From Ilumatobacteraceae bacterium (GTDB lineage: Bacteria; Actinomycetota; Acidimicrobiia; Acidimicrobiales; Ilumatobacteraceae): a stretch of DNA of 64,000 nt. Shown piece after piece: positions 27,161-35,936 of the stretch. A program made the translations under genes and the position numbers. The number at the start of each line of letters is the position of its first letter. The first letter of the stretch is position 1. Under the pieces are notes generated by a model. That model was not told the origin of the DNA and searched no databases. It saw only the letters and a list, made by a program, of their open reading frames with translations. The stretch lies in contig JAFMFC010000001.1 in the NCBI GenBank assembly GCA_017856375.1, forward strand, positions 27,455 through 91,454. The letters run 5' to 3'.

Positions 27161-28303
27161 CTACTTGGACTCGCGAGCGATGGAAATCAGTTCACCACCG
27201 CGACCCATGCTGGTCTGCACCGCTTCGGCAATCTTCGTGACTTCAAGACCATCAATCCCGGACGGAAACTTGCCCTCGAGATCGGCGATGTTTCCACCGT
27301 TCAAGACGTACCCGAGATTCAGCGCAAAATCCTGGATCGATTCGATGCCGTAACCAGCGAACTCCGGCTGTCCCCACCGATCGTTGCTCTGAATGAACAG
27401 ACCAAGATTGGGTGTGAACATCGCGTTCTCCGGGAGCACCCTGTCGGACTTCCCGACGGCCGAACCCACCGAGCCTTTCAAGCAACCTCGGGCACCCCGA
27501 TCCTGTGAGTCAACCGTCAACCAGCCCTCCGAACCGACAACCTTGATTCCCTGATTGACGATTGCTTCGTTGCCGTCAGGAATATGCCATGAAACGTCGA
27601 AATGGAAAGAGGCCCCGGATTCAAACTGCACACGAGCGTTGACGGCGTCGTACGTATCGATGCCGATACCCGACAGTTTGCCCTTGTGCCCGACCGCAGA
27701 TACCGCAGTGGCATCGGACTTGATCAGCCATCGCACGAGATCGAAGAGATGCACGCCAAGGAACCAAGCGGGGCTGCTCTCTGATGCCCACCTTGGCAGC
27801 CAATCTCGCGGCACTTCGATGCGGTCTTCCATCCACGCATATCCGTATTGCACATTGCCCAGCTGCCCACGCGCGATGCGCTGTTCAAGATCGATGTGAT
27901 ACGGATCCTTGCGCTTCATGAATTCCATTTGAATGAACTTGCCATTGGCCTTTGCGATTTGGAGGAGTTCACGGCAACCGTCCGAGGTGATGTCCATCGG
28001 CTTTTCGATCAACACATTGCTTCCCGCCTTCATTGCAGTGGCCGCAACAGCGCGGTGCAGGTGGTCGGGAACGGCAATGGAAACGCCATCGGGCTGGCAG
28101 CTCGACAACATCTCATCCAAGGACGTGAATGTCGGTACTCCGAACTCTGACTTGCGCTCTGCGAGCACCGACTCATCCAAGTCGACGAGACCAACCAACT
28201 CGCAACGACCATTCCGCTGTAATTGCGAAAACGCACGCAAATGCATGTGACCCCACGTTCGACCGCCTACTACCGCGATGCGTGGAACTCTCTTGCTGCT
28301 CAT
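27161..28303 (-). CDS. Gfo/Idh/MocA family NAD(P)-dependent oxidoreductase
   Basis: 380 aa with an N-terminal Rossmann segment RIAVVGGRTWG and a LIEKPM motif. Confidence 0.88.
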   Translation of the reverse strand: MSSKRVPRIAVVGGRTWGHMHLRAFSQLQRNGRCELVGLVDLDESVLAERKSEFGVPTFTSLDEMLSSCQPDGVSIAVPDHLHRAVAATAMKAGSNVLIEKPMDITSDGCRELLQIAKANGKFIQMEFMKRKDPYHIDLEQRIARGQLGNVQYGYAWMEDRIEVPRDWLPRWASESSPAWFLGVHLFDLVRWLIKSDATAVSAVGHKGKLSGIGIDTYDAVNARVQFESGASFHFDVSWHIPDGNEAIVNQGIKVVGSEGWLTVDSQDRGARGCLKGSVGSAVGKSDRVLPENAMFTPNLGLFIQSNDRWGQPEFAGYGIESIQDFALNLGYVLNGGNIADLEGKFPSGIDGLEVTKIAEAVQTSMGRGGELISIARESK

Positions 28304-28332
28304 TTTTCCCCCCTTGCCCCCTGTCGTAGACT

Positions 28333-28348
28333 AAGCAAACGAGCGCTT
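28333..28348. promoter_or_regulatory. candidate operator, weaker copy 4 (AAGCAAACGAGCGCTT)
   Basis: Sits in the 89-nt divergent region between the Gfo gene (start 28303) and the ALDH gene (start 28393). 11/16 match to the 14448 copy; AAGC...GCTT inverted repeat. Confidence 0.35.
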
Positions 28349-28392
28349 GGGCAACAACTCACCGTCCATGCGCGACAAGGGGGAGACGGGCT

Positions 28393-29808
28393 ATGGAGTA
28401 CCAGTTTGATCGTCATTACATCGGCGGAAACTGGGTGGCACCACATAGCAACGCCGTTCTTGACGTCGAAAACCCTTTTCTCGTCGAGGCATGCGGGTCT
28501 GCACCTTTCGGCGATGAACACGATGTAGATCTTGCAGTGAGGGCAGCAAGTACAGCTTTCGAATCGTGGCAGCACTCGTCGATCGCGCAGCGTCAACAGG
28601 TTCTGCGCATGATGCACGAGGTGCTGGTCGCCAACGTGGAAGAGCTTGCACAGCTGTGGGCACTGGAGGTGGGTACACCAATCACTACGGCCCGCCAGGC
28701 AACAAGCTTTCTCCCCGTGAAAGTGCTCGAGGATTTAATCACCATTCTCGATGAGTTTTCATTCTCCTCGACGCTGGGTACCACCCGAGTTGACCGCGTA
28801 GCCGTGGGACCTGTCGCCGCAATCACGCCATGGAATTACCCCATCTCACAACTGCTGATTAAGTGTGCTTCGGCTATCGCTGCAGGATGCACCGTGGTGG
28901 CCAAACCGAGTGAGATCGCCCCGCTCTGCGCATTTCGACTTGTGCAGCTTTTTGACAAACAGGGATTGCCGCCGGGACTGATCAACCTCGTCGGAGGAGA
29001 TGGACCGAAGGTCGGAGATGCAATGGTCAAGCATCCGGGAATTCGATTCGTTTCTTTCACTGGATCCACTAACACCGGGAGATCCATTGCCGCAGCAGCA
29101 GGTGAGCGATTGGTCCGCACATGTCTCGAACTTGGGGGCAAGTCCGCATCCATCGTTCTTGACGAGCAAATCCTTGGCACGGCAATTGCCGGCACCGTGG
29201 GCAGCTGTTCGCGTAACACGGGTCAAACCTGCACCGCACTTACCCGTCTGGTGGTACCTGCCAACCTGCTCGACATGGCCTGCGAGCTGGCTGTCTCACA
29301 TTTCGCGAATCTCGTGATTGGTGATCCGCGTGACGAGTCGACGGTGATTGGGCCTCTCGTGTCGGCCAAGCAACGAGAACGGGCGCTCGAAATCATCGAA
29401 AGCGGCGAACGTCAAGGCGCAGAGAAGATCTTCTCTGCGAAGGTGCCGACTACGGGCCATTTCGTGTCGCCCACCGTGTTCCGCAACGTCGAGCCCACGA
29501 TGCGCATCGCCCGAGATGAGATTTTCGCGCCCGTGCTATCAATCCTGAGTGCACCGGAGTCAGAGTTGGTGGACCTAGCCAACGACAGCGATTACGGACT
29601 GGCTGCGTCGGTTTGGGGAACAGATACTGCGCAGGCACTCTCCGTCGCCGATCAAATTGACGCGGGCACCATCACCGTTAACGGGGGCGCCTTCAACCCA
29701 GCAGCTCCGTATGGAGGCCTCAAGCAATCAGGTTTGGGCCGCGAACTGGGCAGGTTCGGACTTGAAGAGTTCCTCGAATACAAGACATTCCACGGAGGGG
29801 TGCGATGA
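28393..29808 (+). CDS. NAD(P)-dependent aldehyde dehydrogenase
   Basis: 471 aa with ITPWNYP, LELGGKSA (Glu) and GQTCTALTR (Cys) motifs. Confidence 0.93.
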   Translation: MEYQFDRHYIGGNWVAPHSNAVLDVENPFLVEACGSAPFGDEHDVDLAVRAASTAFESWQHSSIAQRQQVLRMMHEVLVANVEELAQLWALEVGTPITTARQATSFLPVKVLEDLITILDEFSFSSTLGTTRVDRVAVGPVAAITPWNYPISQLLIKCASAIAAGCTVVAKPSEIAPLCAFRLVQLFDKQGLPPGLINLVGGDGPKVGDAMVKHPGIRFVSFTGSTNTGRSIAAAAGERLVRTCLELGGKSASIVLDEQILGTAIAGTVGSCSRNTGQTCTALTRLVVPANLLDMACELAVSHFANLVIGDPRDESTVIGPLVSAKQRERALEIIESGERQGAEKIFSAKVPTTGHFVSPTVFRNVEPTMRIARDEIFAPVLSILSAPESELVDLANDSDYGLAASVWGTDTAQALSVADQIDAGTITVNGGAFNPAAPYGGLKQSGLGRELGRFGLEEFLEYKTFHGGVR

Positions 29809-30407
29809 CCCACCTCTATCTCGCTCGAATGGATGTCACCCCGTCGTTTCTTCCGACATTCGAACAGTGGTACGACGAGCGCCATGCCCCCGACTTGCTC
29901 AAATCGGGATTTTTCTCTTGTTCGGCTTTCTACGCGACAGAAGGAAACCCCCTCGTTCACAACGTCTACTTGATTCCATCGCCCGAGATATTTCAGTCGC
30001 CGACTTACCTTGGAGCGCGTGACCCCAAGGTTGACACCTTACGACCGACGGTGTTGGAAAACGTCTCCAATCGCAGCAACACGCCCTATGAACAAGTTGT
30101 GGTGTTACGCGGTGAACCAGATGATCTTCCTCTTCCGCAACCAGCGATGGCACTGCAATTCGACTTGACCAGCTCACGCGATACTTTGATCGACCGCTTT
30201 CATCAACTTTTCCAATCGAGCGAAGAAACGATTCGACTCTGCAGACGAGAAGGAACACACATCAACGTGTCCGAAGAACCCGAGTGGTTGGTATTTGCTC
30301 AGCAGACGACCGCATCGACGCGCCAAGCCCTACAGGAACTCACTCTTAGCGGTGTATCAGGACAAAAGTTTCAGGCATTAGATCATCGCGCAACGTTCGC
30401 GCGTTAG
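29805..30407 (+). CDS. hypothetical protein, possibly dimeric alpha/beta-barrel (EthD/ABM-like)
   Basis: 200 aa with an ATGA overlap to the ALDH stop. The N-terminal FEQWYDERHAPDLLKSGFFSCSAFY...HNVYLIPSPEIFQSPTY resembles EthD-like barrels. The family assignment is weak. Confidence 0.6.
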   Translation: MTHLYLARMDVTPSFLPTFEQWYDERHAPDLLKSGFFSCSAFYATEGNPLVHNVYLIPSPEIFQSPTYLGARDPKVDTLRPTVLENVSNRSNTPYEQVVVLRGEPDDLPLPQPAMALQFDLTSSRDTLIDRFHQLFQSSEETIRLCRREGTHINVSEEPEWLVFAQQTTASTRQALQELTLSGVSGQKFQALDHRATFAR

Positions 30408-31108
30408 ACCATCACCCAGCCGCCGTTGACGTCCAGCGTCGCGCCGGTAATGAAACCTGCGGACTCACCAACAAGGAACATCACGATGTCGGCAAATTCC
30501 TGGGCCGTCGAAAATCTACCGACGGGAATATCGTTCTCGAGCTTTGCCCGCGCCTCAGGAGAAAGGAAACTGTTCAACTCCGTGTCGATTGCCGCTGGTG
30601 CAACTGAGTTCACCGTCACACCCGACTTGGCCACATCCTTGGCGATGCTCTTAGACAGGGCAATCACGCCAGCTTTGGCTGCCGCGTAGGCAGCCGACGT
30701 CGTACCTCCGGTGCGCGCATTGACTGATGAAAAGTTGATGATTCGCCCCCACTTCTGAGCGACCATCCCCGGCACGACACCTTGACAAAGCTGGAAAACG
30801 CTTCGTAGGTTTACCGCCACCGCGTAGTCGAATTGTTCAATGGTCATCTCATCAAGCCGACACGGGCGGAGTAGCCCAGCAGCATTGACCAGTACGTCAA
30901 TATGGCCGACCTGCTGCAACACGGAGCGACAAAACTCCGCATCCCCCAAGTCTCCAATGAACCGAGAATCAGCCGCATCGGCAGGAATCTCATTGATGTC
31001 GATGGCAGCAACCCACGCACCCGCCGCTTTGGCGGTACGGCAAACGGCAACGCCGACCCCCCTTGCACCACCAGTAACCAGGACTCGTTTGCCAGTAAGT
31101 GAAGTCAC
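30404..31108 (-). CDS. SDR family oxidoreductase (FabG-like)
   Basis: 234 aa with VLVTGGARGVGVA, NAAG and S...YAAAKAG. It is the last gene of the transporter operon. Confidence 0.88.
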   Translation of the reverse strand: MTSLTGKRVLVTGGARGVGVAVCRTAKAAGAWVAAIDINEIPADAADSRFIGDLGDAEFCRSVLQQVGHIDVLVNAAGLLRPCRLDEMTIEQFDYAVAVNLRSVFQLCQGVVPGMVAQKWGRIINFSSVNARTGGTTSAAYAAAKAGVIALSKSIAKDVAKSGVTVNSVAPAAIDTELNSFLSPEARAKLENDIPVGRFSTAQEFADIVMFLVGESAGFITGATLDVNGGWVMV

Positions 31109-31815
31109 GAGAAGTAGCCGGTTGAGATGAAATCGTTCTTGTTCAAATCATCCGGAGTTCCCTGTGCCGCGACCTCACCCTGCTGCAACAAGAACATGTA
31201 ATCGGCTACCGAGGACGCGAGAATCGCATCTTGCTCAACCAGGAGGACGGAGATGCCCGAGTTGTTGATGCTGATCAACGACTCGTACACCTTGTCGACC
31301 ACGAATGGTGCAAGACCCATCGAGGGTTCGTCAAGAACGATCAATTCGGGATGAGTCATCAGTGCCCGTCCGATCGCGAGCATCTGCTGTTCACCACCCG
31401 AGAGAGAGCCGGCGTACTGCTTAGATCGATCCTTAAGGATGGGAAACAGCTCAAAAACCCACGTTTCCATGTCCCGATCGGACTTTCGACGGGCCGCCTT
31501 AGACAGGTTCAGATTTTCTCGGACTGTCAGCGGAGCAATGATTCGGCGGCCCTCAGGGACCAAGGCCACACCAGATCGGGTCACCTTTTGGGCAGATTTA
31601 CCCGACAAGTCGTCATCTCCGAAGTGAACGGATCCTTCATCCGACTTCATCACACCACAGATGGTGTTGAGAAGTGTCGACTTCCCTGCACCATTACGAC
31701 CCACCACTGCCACGACACTGCCAGCGACCACTTTGAGATCAACGCCACGAATGGCCTGGATCGAACCGTAAGAGGCCTTCAACCCCTTGACTACGAGTGC
31801 CCTATTGCCACTCAC
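31105..31815 (-). CDS. ABC transporter ATP-binding protein (HAAT/LivF-type)
   Basis: 236 aa with Walker A GRNGAGKST, signature LSGGEQQ and Walker B LIVLDEP. Confidence 0.92.
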   Translation of the reverse strand: MSGNRALVVKGLKASYGSIQAIRGVDLKVVAGSVVAVVGRNGAGKSTLLNTICGVMKSDEGSVHFGDDDLSGKSAQKVTRSGVALVPEGRRIIAPLTVRENLNLSKAARRKSDRDMETWVFELFPILKDRSKQYAGSLSGGEQQMLAIGRALMTHPELIVLDEPSMGLAPFVVDKVYESLISINNSGISVLLVEQDAILASSVADYMFLLQQGEVAAQGTPDDLNKNDFISTGYFS

Positions 31816-32648
31816 GATGCAAACTCCCCCATGTTGATGTTGCGGTGTGTACCTGCTCGGAGACTTTGAAAGGTCGCCAATCGCTCATCCCTTTGCTTAC
31901 CCAAGTAAGCCTCGCGAACGAGTTGTGAATTGAATACCTCTTGCGGCGTTCCGCTCAAGAGTTTCTCGCCAAAGTTGATCACGGTGACCTCTTGGCACAA
32001 GTCACGAACAAACTTGATGTTGTGCTCCACCACGAGGAGGGTCAGGCCCTTCTGATTGAGACCCCGAAGCACTTCTGCCACCTCGGATGACTCTTGCTGG
32101 TTCATTCCTGCGGTTGGCTCATCCAGCAGCAACAACTTGGGCTCCGTGGCCAACGCTCGGGCAATCTCCAGTCGTCGCTGCAGACCATACGGCAGCGTCG
32201 TCGCTTCGCTTTCGGCAAGATGGTCGATCGACATCACCTTGAGAAACTCCATGGCCTTGTCGCGCATTGCTGCGCGCTCCTTGCGCTCGATGGGATTCGG
32301 GACCAAGGCATGAAAGAAGGTGGTCTTTCGTCGCGAGTCCAAACCCACGATGACGTGATCAATCACCGACAGGCCGTGAAACATCTTCATGTTCTGGTAT
32401 GTGCGAGCGATACCCAGACGAACGAACTCGTGGCCTTTGATGGTGGATGTGTCCTGGCCGGCAATCGAGATCGTGCCGCTCGTGGGCTTGTCGATACCAC
32501 TGACCATGTTGATCACGGTGGTCTTGCCAGCCCCGTTCGGACCGACCAGACCCGCAATGGCACCCGGCGAAACCGAGAACGAGAGATCCTTTACGGCAGT
32601 GAGGCCGCCGAATTGTCGGGTGAGAGAGACGACGTCGAGTTGACTCAC
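31812..32648 (-). CDS. ABC transporter ATP-binding protein (HAAT/LivG-type)
   Basis: ORF 31812..32693. The likely GTG start at 32648 forms a GTGA overlap with the permease stop. GPNGAGKTT, LPYGLQRRLEIA and LLLLDEP are present. Confidence 0.9.
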   Translation of the reverse strand: MSQLDVVSLTRQFGGLTAVKDLSFSVSPGAIAGLVGPNGAGKTTVINMVSGIDKPTSGTISIAGQDTSTIKGHEFVRLGIARTYQNMKMFHGLSVIDHVIVGLDSRRKTTFFHALVPNPIERKERAAMRDKAMEFLKVMSIDHLAESEATTLPYGLQRRLEIARALATEPKLLLLDEPTAGMNQQESSEVAEVLRGLNQKGLTLLVVEHNIKFVRDLCQEVTVINFGEKLLSGTPQEVFNSQLVREAYLGKQRDERLATFQSLRAGTHRNINMGEFAS

Positions 32649-33535
32649 GATGCCACCTCCTTCGTCTGACGCGATTTGCGTTTCAGAGACCAAGCGCGGA
32701 ACTGGCGTGGATCAATGAGTCCGCGCTGGAGGAAGACCATGATGATTACCAACAGGATGCCGTTAACAACGTTCTTGGATGATCCGAGAAATGGCTCCAA
32801 GAACTCGGGAATCGCGGTATAGAGCAGTGCACCCACAATTGGACCAACCCAGATGTAGGCCCCGCCGAGCACCGCCGATGCGATCGAAATGAACGCGAGT
32901 TCCACGTAAAGCGTCTCAGGAACTAGGTATTGAACCAGTTGGGCTTGCAATACTCCCGCCAAACCTCCCAGCACGCCAGCAAAAGTGAAGGCGTAGCGGC
33001 GAACTCGCTGGACATTGATACCCAGCGAGGACGCTACTTCTGGCTGCTCACGAACCGCATCGAGTGAGTACCCGAATCGCGACTTTCTCAGCACACCAAA
33101 CATCACTGAAACGACGCCGAGAATGAGCAAAATGTGCCATGTGGTGATTTGACGTGGTACCGGGATGCCCACCGTGCCACCCGTGTACTCATCAAGGTTG
33201 AGCGCGATCACTCGTGCAATCAACACCAAAGCGATCGTTGCGAGCGCCAAGTAGTGGGAGCCGAGTCTCAACAACACAAAGGAGGTGATCCATGCGAGAA
33301 ACCCTCCCACCACCATCCCCACGAATAGATGGAAAACAAGCGGGTAGTTCGCCTCGCCCATCATCACCTTGTCGTAGGCAAGGCGTGCCGAGACGTAAGC
33401 CGCACCTGAGGCATACGCGATCGGCGCCAGGCTGAGCACTCCCGACCACAGACCAAGGAACGCACTCAGGGCAAAAAGCCCGAGCACGAAAGCAAACTCG
33501 AAGGTGATGCCGTAGATGTCCCAAAACTGGCTCAT
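32645..33535 (-). CDS. branched-chain-amino-acid-type ABC permease (LivM-like)
   Basis: 296 aa, a multi-TM hydrophobic protein within the Liv-type operon. Confidence 0.88.
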   Translation of the reverse strand: MSQFWDIYGITFEFAFVLGLFALSAFLGLWSGVLSLAPIAYASGAAYVSARLAYDKVMMGEANYPLVFHLFVGMVVGGFLAWITSFVLLRLGSHYLALATIALVLIARVIALNLDEYTGGTVGIPVPRQITTWHILLILGVVSVMFGVLRKSRFGYSLDAVREQPEVASSLGINVQRVRRYAFTFAGVLGGLAGVLQAQLVQYLVPETLYVELAFISIASAVLGGAYIWVGPIVGALLYTAIPEFLEPFLGSSKNVVNGILLVIIMVFLQRGLIDPRQFRAWSLKRKSRQTKEVAS

Positions 33536-34464
33536 CGCGCGGCTCCAAACTTGATCTCGCCGAAGATTCCTTCTGGTCTAAAGAGCAGGAACAAAATCAG
33601 CAATCCGAAGGTGATGACGTCGCGGAAATCCCCCGAGACGTACTGCGCACCCAGGACCTCGGTAACCCCGATGATGATTCCGCCGAGGAATGCTCCCCGC
33701 ACATCACCGAACCCCCCGACCACCACGGCAGCAAATCCCTTCAGGAGCAGCCCTTCGCCGAGAGGAACGGAGACGTTGTCAAAGGCAATCGAGGAGAGAT
33801 AACCGACGATCCCTGCGAGTCCAGCGGAAATACCCACCGTGCTCAGGATCACCACCGTCGACGAAACACCACTGATCCGAGACCACACATCGCTAAAGCC
33901 CACGGCTCGGATCATCGTGCCGATCGGCGTCCGAGTGAGCACGAGGTAAAGCGCAACCACAGAAATTGGCCCAATAATCATGAGCCAAATTTGGCCAGGG
34001 GCAAGGTAAATGTTGGTGGTCACCAGTCGAGGCCACGAAAGCAGATCGGGAGGGAAGGTCTTGATCTGATGATCAAGAGCTGTTTCACCAAGGGCGATGA
34101 GCACGATCCAAACGCCGATCGAGGTGATCAGATAGCCGAGCGTGTTGGCTCTCGCGCGGAGGGGTTGGAAAGCCAAGCGATCAGTGACGATGCCAATTGC
34201 GGCGCCCGTCAAGATGGCTATCAGCAGTGCGGGGAAGAATGAAAAACCCCAGTTTTCCACCACAGTGAGAGCGGCAATTGCGCCGAACGTGGCAATCGTT
34301 CCATGAGCCACGTTGAGAATTCCCATCGTGGCGAAGATGAGCCCGAAGCTCATCGCAAACATTCCGTAAGCAGACCCGACGGCCAAACCGTTGAGCACCT
34401 GCTGGATAAAGAGATTCAAGAGATTCTCATTTCTTTTCTTCTGACTTGTGAGAAGGGGCCCCAC
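33532..34464 (-). CDS. branched-chain-amino-acid-type ABC permease (LivH-like)
   Basis: 310 aa. FIQQVLNGLAVGSAYGM is a typical LivH N-terminus. The exact start is uncertain. Confidence 0.88.
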   Translation of the reverse strand: MGPLLTSQKKRNENLLNLFIQQVLNGLAVGSAYGMFAMSFGLIFATMGILNVAHGTIATFGAIAALTVVENWGFSFFPALLIAILTGAAIGIVTDRLAFQPLRARANTLGYLITSIGVWIVLIALGETALDHQIKTFPPDLLSWPRLVTTNIYLAPGQIWLMIIGPISVVALYLVLTRTPIGTMIRAVGFSDVWSRISGVSSTVVILSTVGISAGLAGIVGYLSSIAFDNVSVPLGEGLLLKGFAAVVVGGFGDVRGAFLGGIIIGVTEVLGAQYVSGDFRDVITFGLLILFLLFRPEGIFGEIKFGAAR

Positions 34465-34521
34465 CGGACTAGCCGGTGGGACCCCAACTTCACTATGTCA
34501 ATTAGTTGATGGACCTAGGAA

Positions 34522-35808
34522 CTACTTGCCGTTCCATTCCTTCTGGGTGGCATCCGCTTGCCACTCGAGGAAGATCGGCTTGGCCGTGCGAGCCAATTCA
34601 ATTTGACCCTTATTGAATCGCACCGTGCCATATACCGAGTCCATTCGCCCAATCTTGTTGAGGGCCTTCGCAACGTTTGCCGGGGAACCGTCACCCGAGT
34701 TCTTCATCGCGATCGCAAGGTACCACGCAGCGGTGTAACCCATTCCTGGGTACGCCGAGGGCAATGCACCACCGTTCTCGCTCTTCCACCACTTGACGAT
34801 GTCGCGACCAAGCTTGTTAATCGGCTTGGCCGGGTTGAACGTCACCGGCATCACAACACCGGCAAGCGAAGCACCGGCAATCGCGAAGTTGGTTTGATCG
34901 GAGAGTCCGTAGTTGCCCACGATGCGACCCTTGTAACCACGATCCCTAAGCGCCTTGACCAAGCGGCTGGCAGGACCACCGAGCATTGCTGGGATGACCA
35001 ACTCGGGGTTGGCGGCAATGATCTGGCTGGCTGCACCCGACAAGTCGGTGTCTGCAGCCTGAGTCTTAATCGAAATGACATTGGTTGCACCAGCGGCCGT
35101 GACGGCTTCCTTGTACATGACGGCGTCCGCCACCATGCCTTGGTTGTCCGAAGTCTCCGGGATCGCGACTGTCTTAGCCTTAATCGCCTTCACCATGGCC
35201 TGGGCACTCTGCCACTGCACGCCATTCTTCGCGCCGGTCATGATCACCGTGCGGTGAATGTACGGCGGCTTGGCCAAGCCAGGCAGCACCGCGGCATCGA
35301 TGATCACCGGAGTCTGGTTGTTTGCGGCAACCTGGGAGATCGCACCTGCAATGCTCGAAAGCGCACAGCAGATGATTCCCGACACCTTGTTGGCGACAAA
35401 CTCGTTAACCGCGGCTAGAGCAAGGTCGGCCTTTCCGGCAGAGTCACGAGTGATCAATTCGATTTTCGCTCCCTTACCAAGGAAGCCTGAAGCGTTGATT
35501 TCGGCAACTGCCTTTTCCACACCCTTGTTCATCGGTACTCCAGCAAACGCAGCAGCGCCCGAGAGCAGCATTTCTGAGCCCACCTTGTAGGTGCCCTTCG
35601 GAAGGGTCTTGTTGACCCATGTCAGGGTCGTGCCCTTCTTCTCACAGATCAGCGCGTAACCCGTGCTGAGATCGCCCTCCTTGTCACAACGTCCGCCTTC
35701 CTTCTCGGTTGCGGCCGAAACTGACCCCACGCCGACGAACATTGAGACGCTCAAGGCAGCTGCTGTCATCAGCCCCACGAGCACTCGCTTCTTTGACCTA
35801 CCCACCAT
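34522..35808 (-). CDS. ABC transporter periplasmic/extracellular substrate-binding protein (type I PBP, LivJ-like), secreted
   Basis: 428 aa with signal peptide MVGRSKKRVLVGLMTAAALSVSMFVGVGSVSA/AT. The remainder resembles a Leu/Ile/Val-binding-protein-family fold. Confidence 0.88.
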   Translation of the reverse strand: MVGRSKKRVLVGLMTAAALSVSMFVGVGSVSAATEKEGGRCDKEGDLSTGYALICEKKGTTLTWVNKTLPKGTYKVGSEMLLSGAAAFAGVPMNKGVEKAVAEINASGFLGKGAKIELITRDSAGKADLALAAVNEFVANKVSGIICCALSSIAGAISQVAANNQTPVIIDAAVLPGLAKPPYIHRTVIMTGAKNGVQWQSAQAMVKAIKAKTVAIPETSDNQGMVADAVMYKEAVTAAGATNVISIKTQAADTDLSGAASQIIAANPELVIPAMLGGPASRLVKALRDRGYKGRIVGNYGLSDQTNFAIAGASLAGVVMPVTFNPAKPINKLGRDIVKWWKSENGGALPSAYPGMGYTAAWYLAIAMKNSGDGSPANVAKALNKIGRMDSVYGTVRFNKGQIELARTAKPIFLEWQADATQKEWNGK

Positions 35809-35878
35809 GAATTCCCCCCATGATTAATGTCCACCCCGAATAGGGCTTGCGGAGAAACTAGCCAGCCATTGATCGACT

Positions 35879-35894
35879 GGTCAAGCGGTTGCTC
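35879..35894. promoter_or_regulatory. candidate operator, weaker copy 5 (GGTCAAGCGGTTGCTC)
   Basis: Lies 70 nt upstream of the substrate-binding-protein start at 35808. 11/16 match to TAGCAAGCGATTGCTA, with the core CAAGCG-TTGCT conserved. Confidence 0.35.
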
Positions 35895-35936
35895 GGTTGT
35901 TACCGTTCGGTTACAAGCCCTTCCTCGAGGCTTGAT

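Noticed and set aside
22742-28392. I looked for a cobalamin riboswitch or other leader in front of the B12 mutase genes.
   Set aside because: The mutase genes are internal to a tightly packed operon. The only upstream non-coding DNA (28304-28392, 89 nt) is too short for a B12 riboswitch and shows no B12-box-like element that I could recognise.
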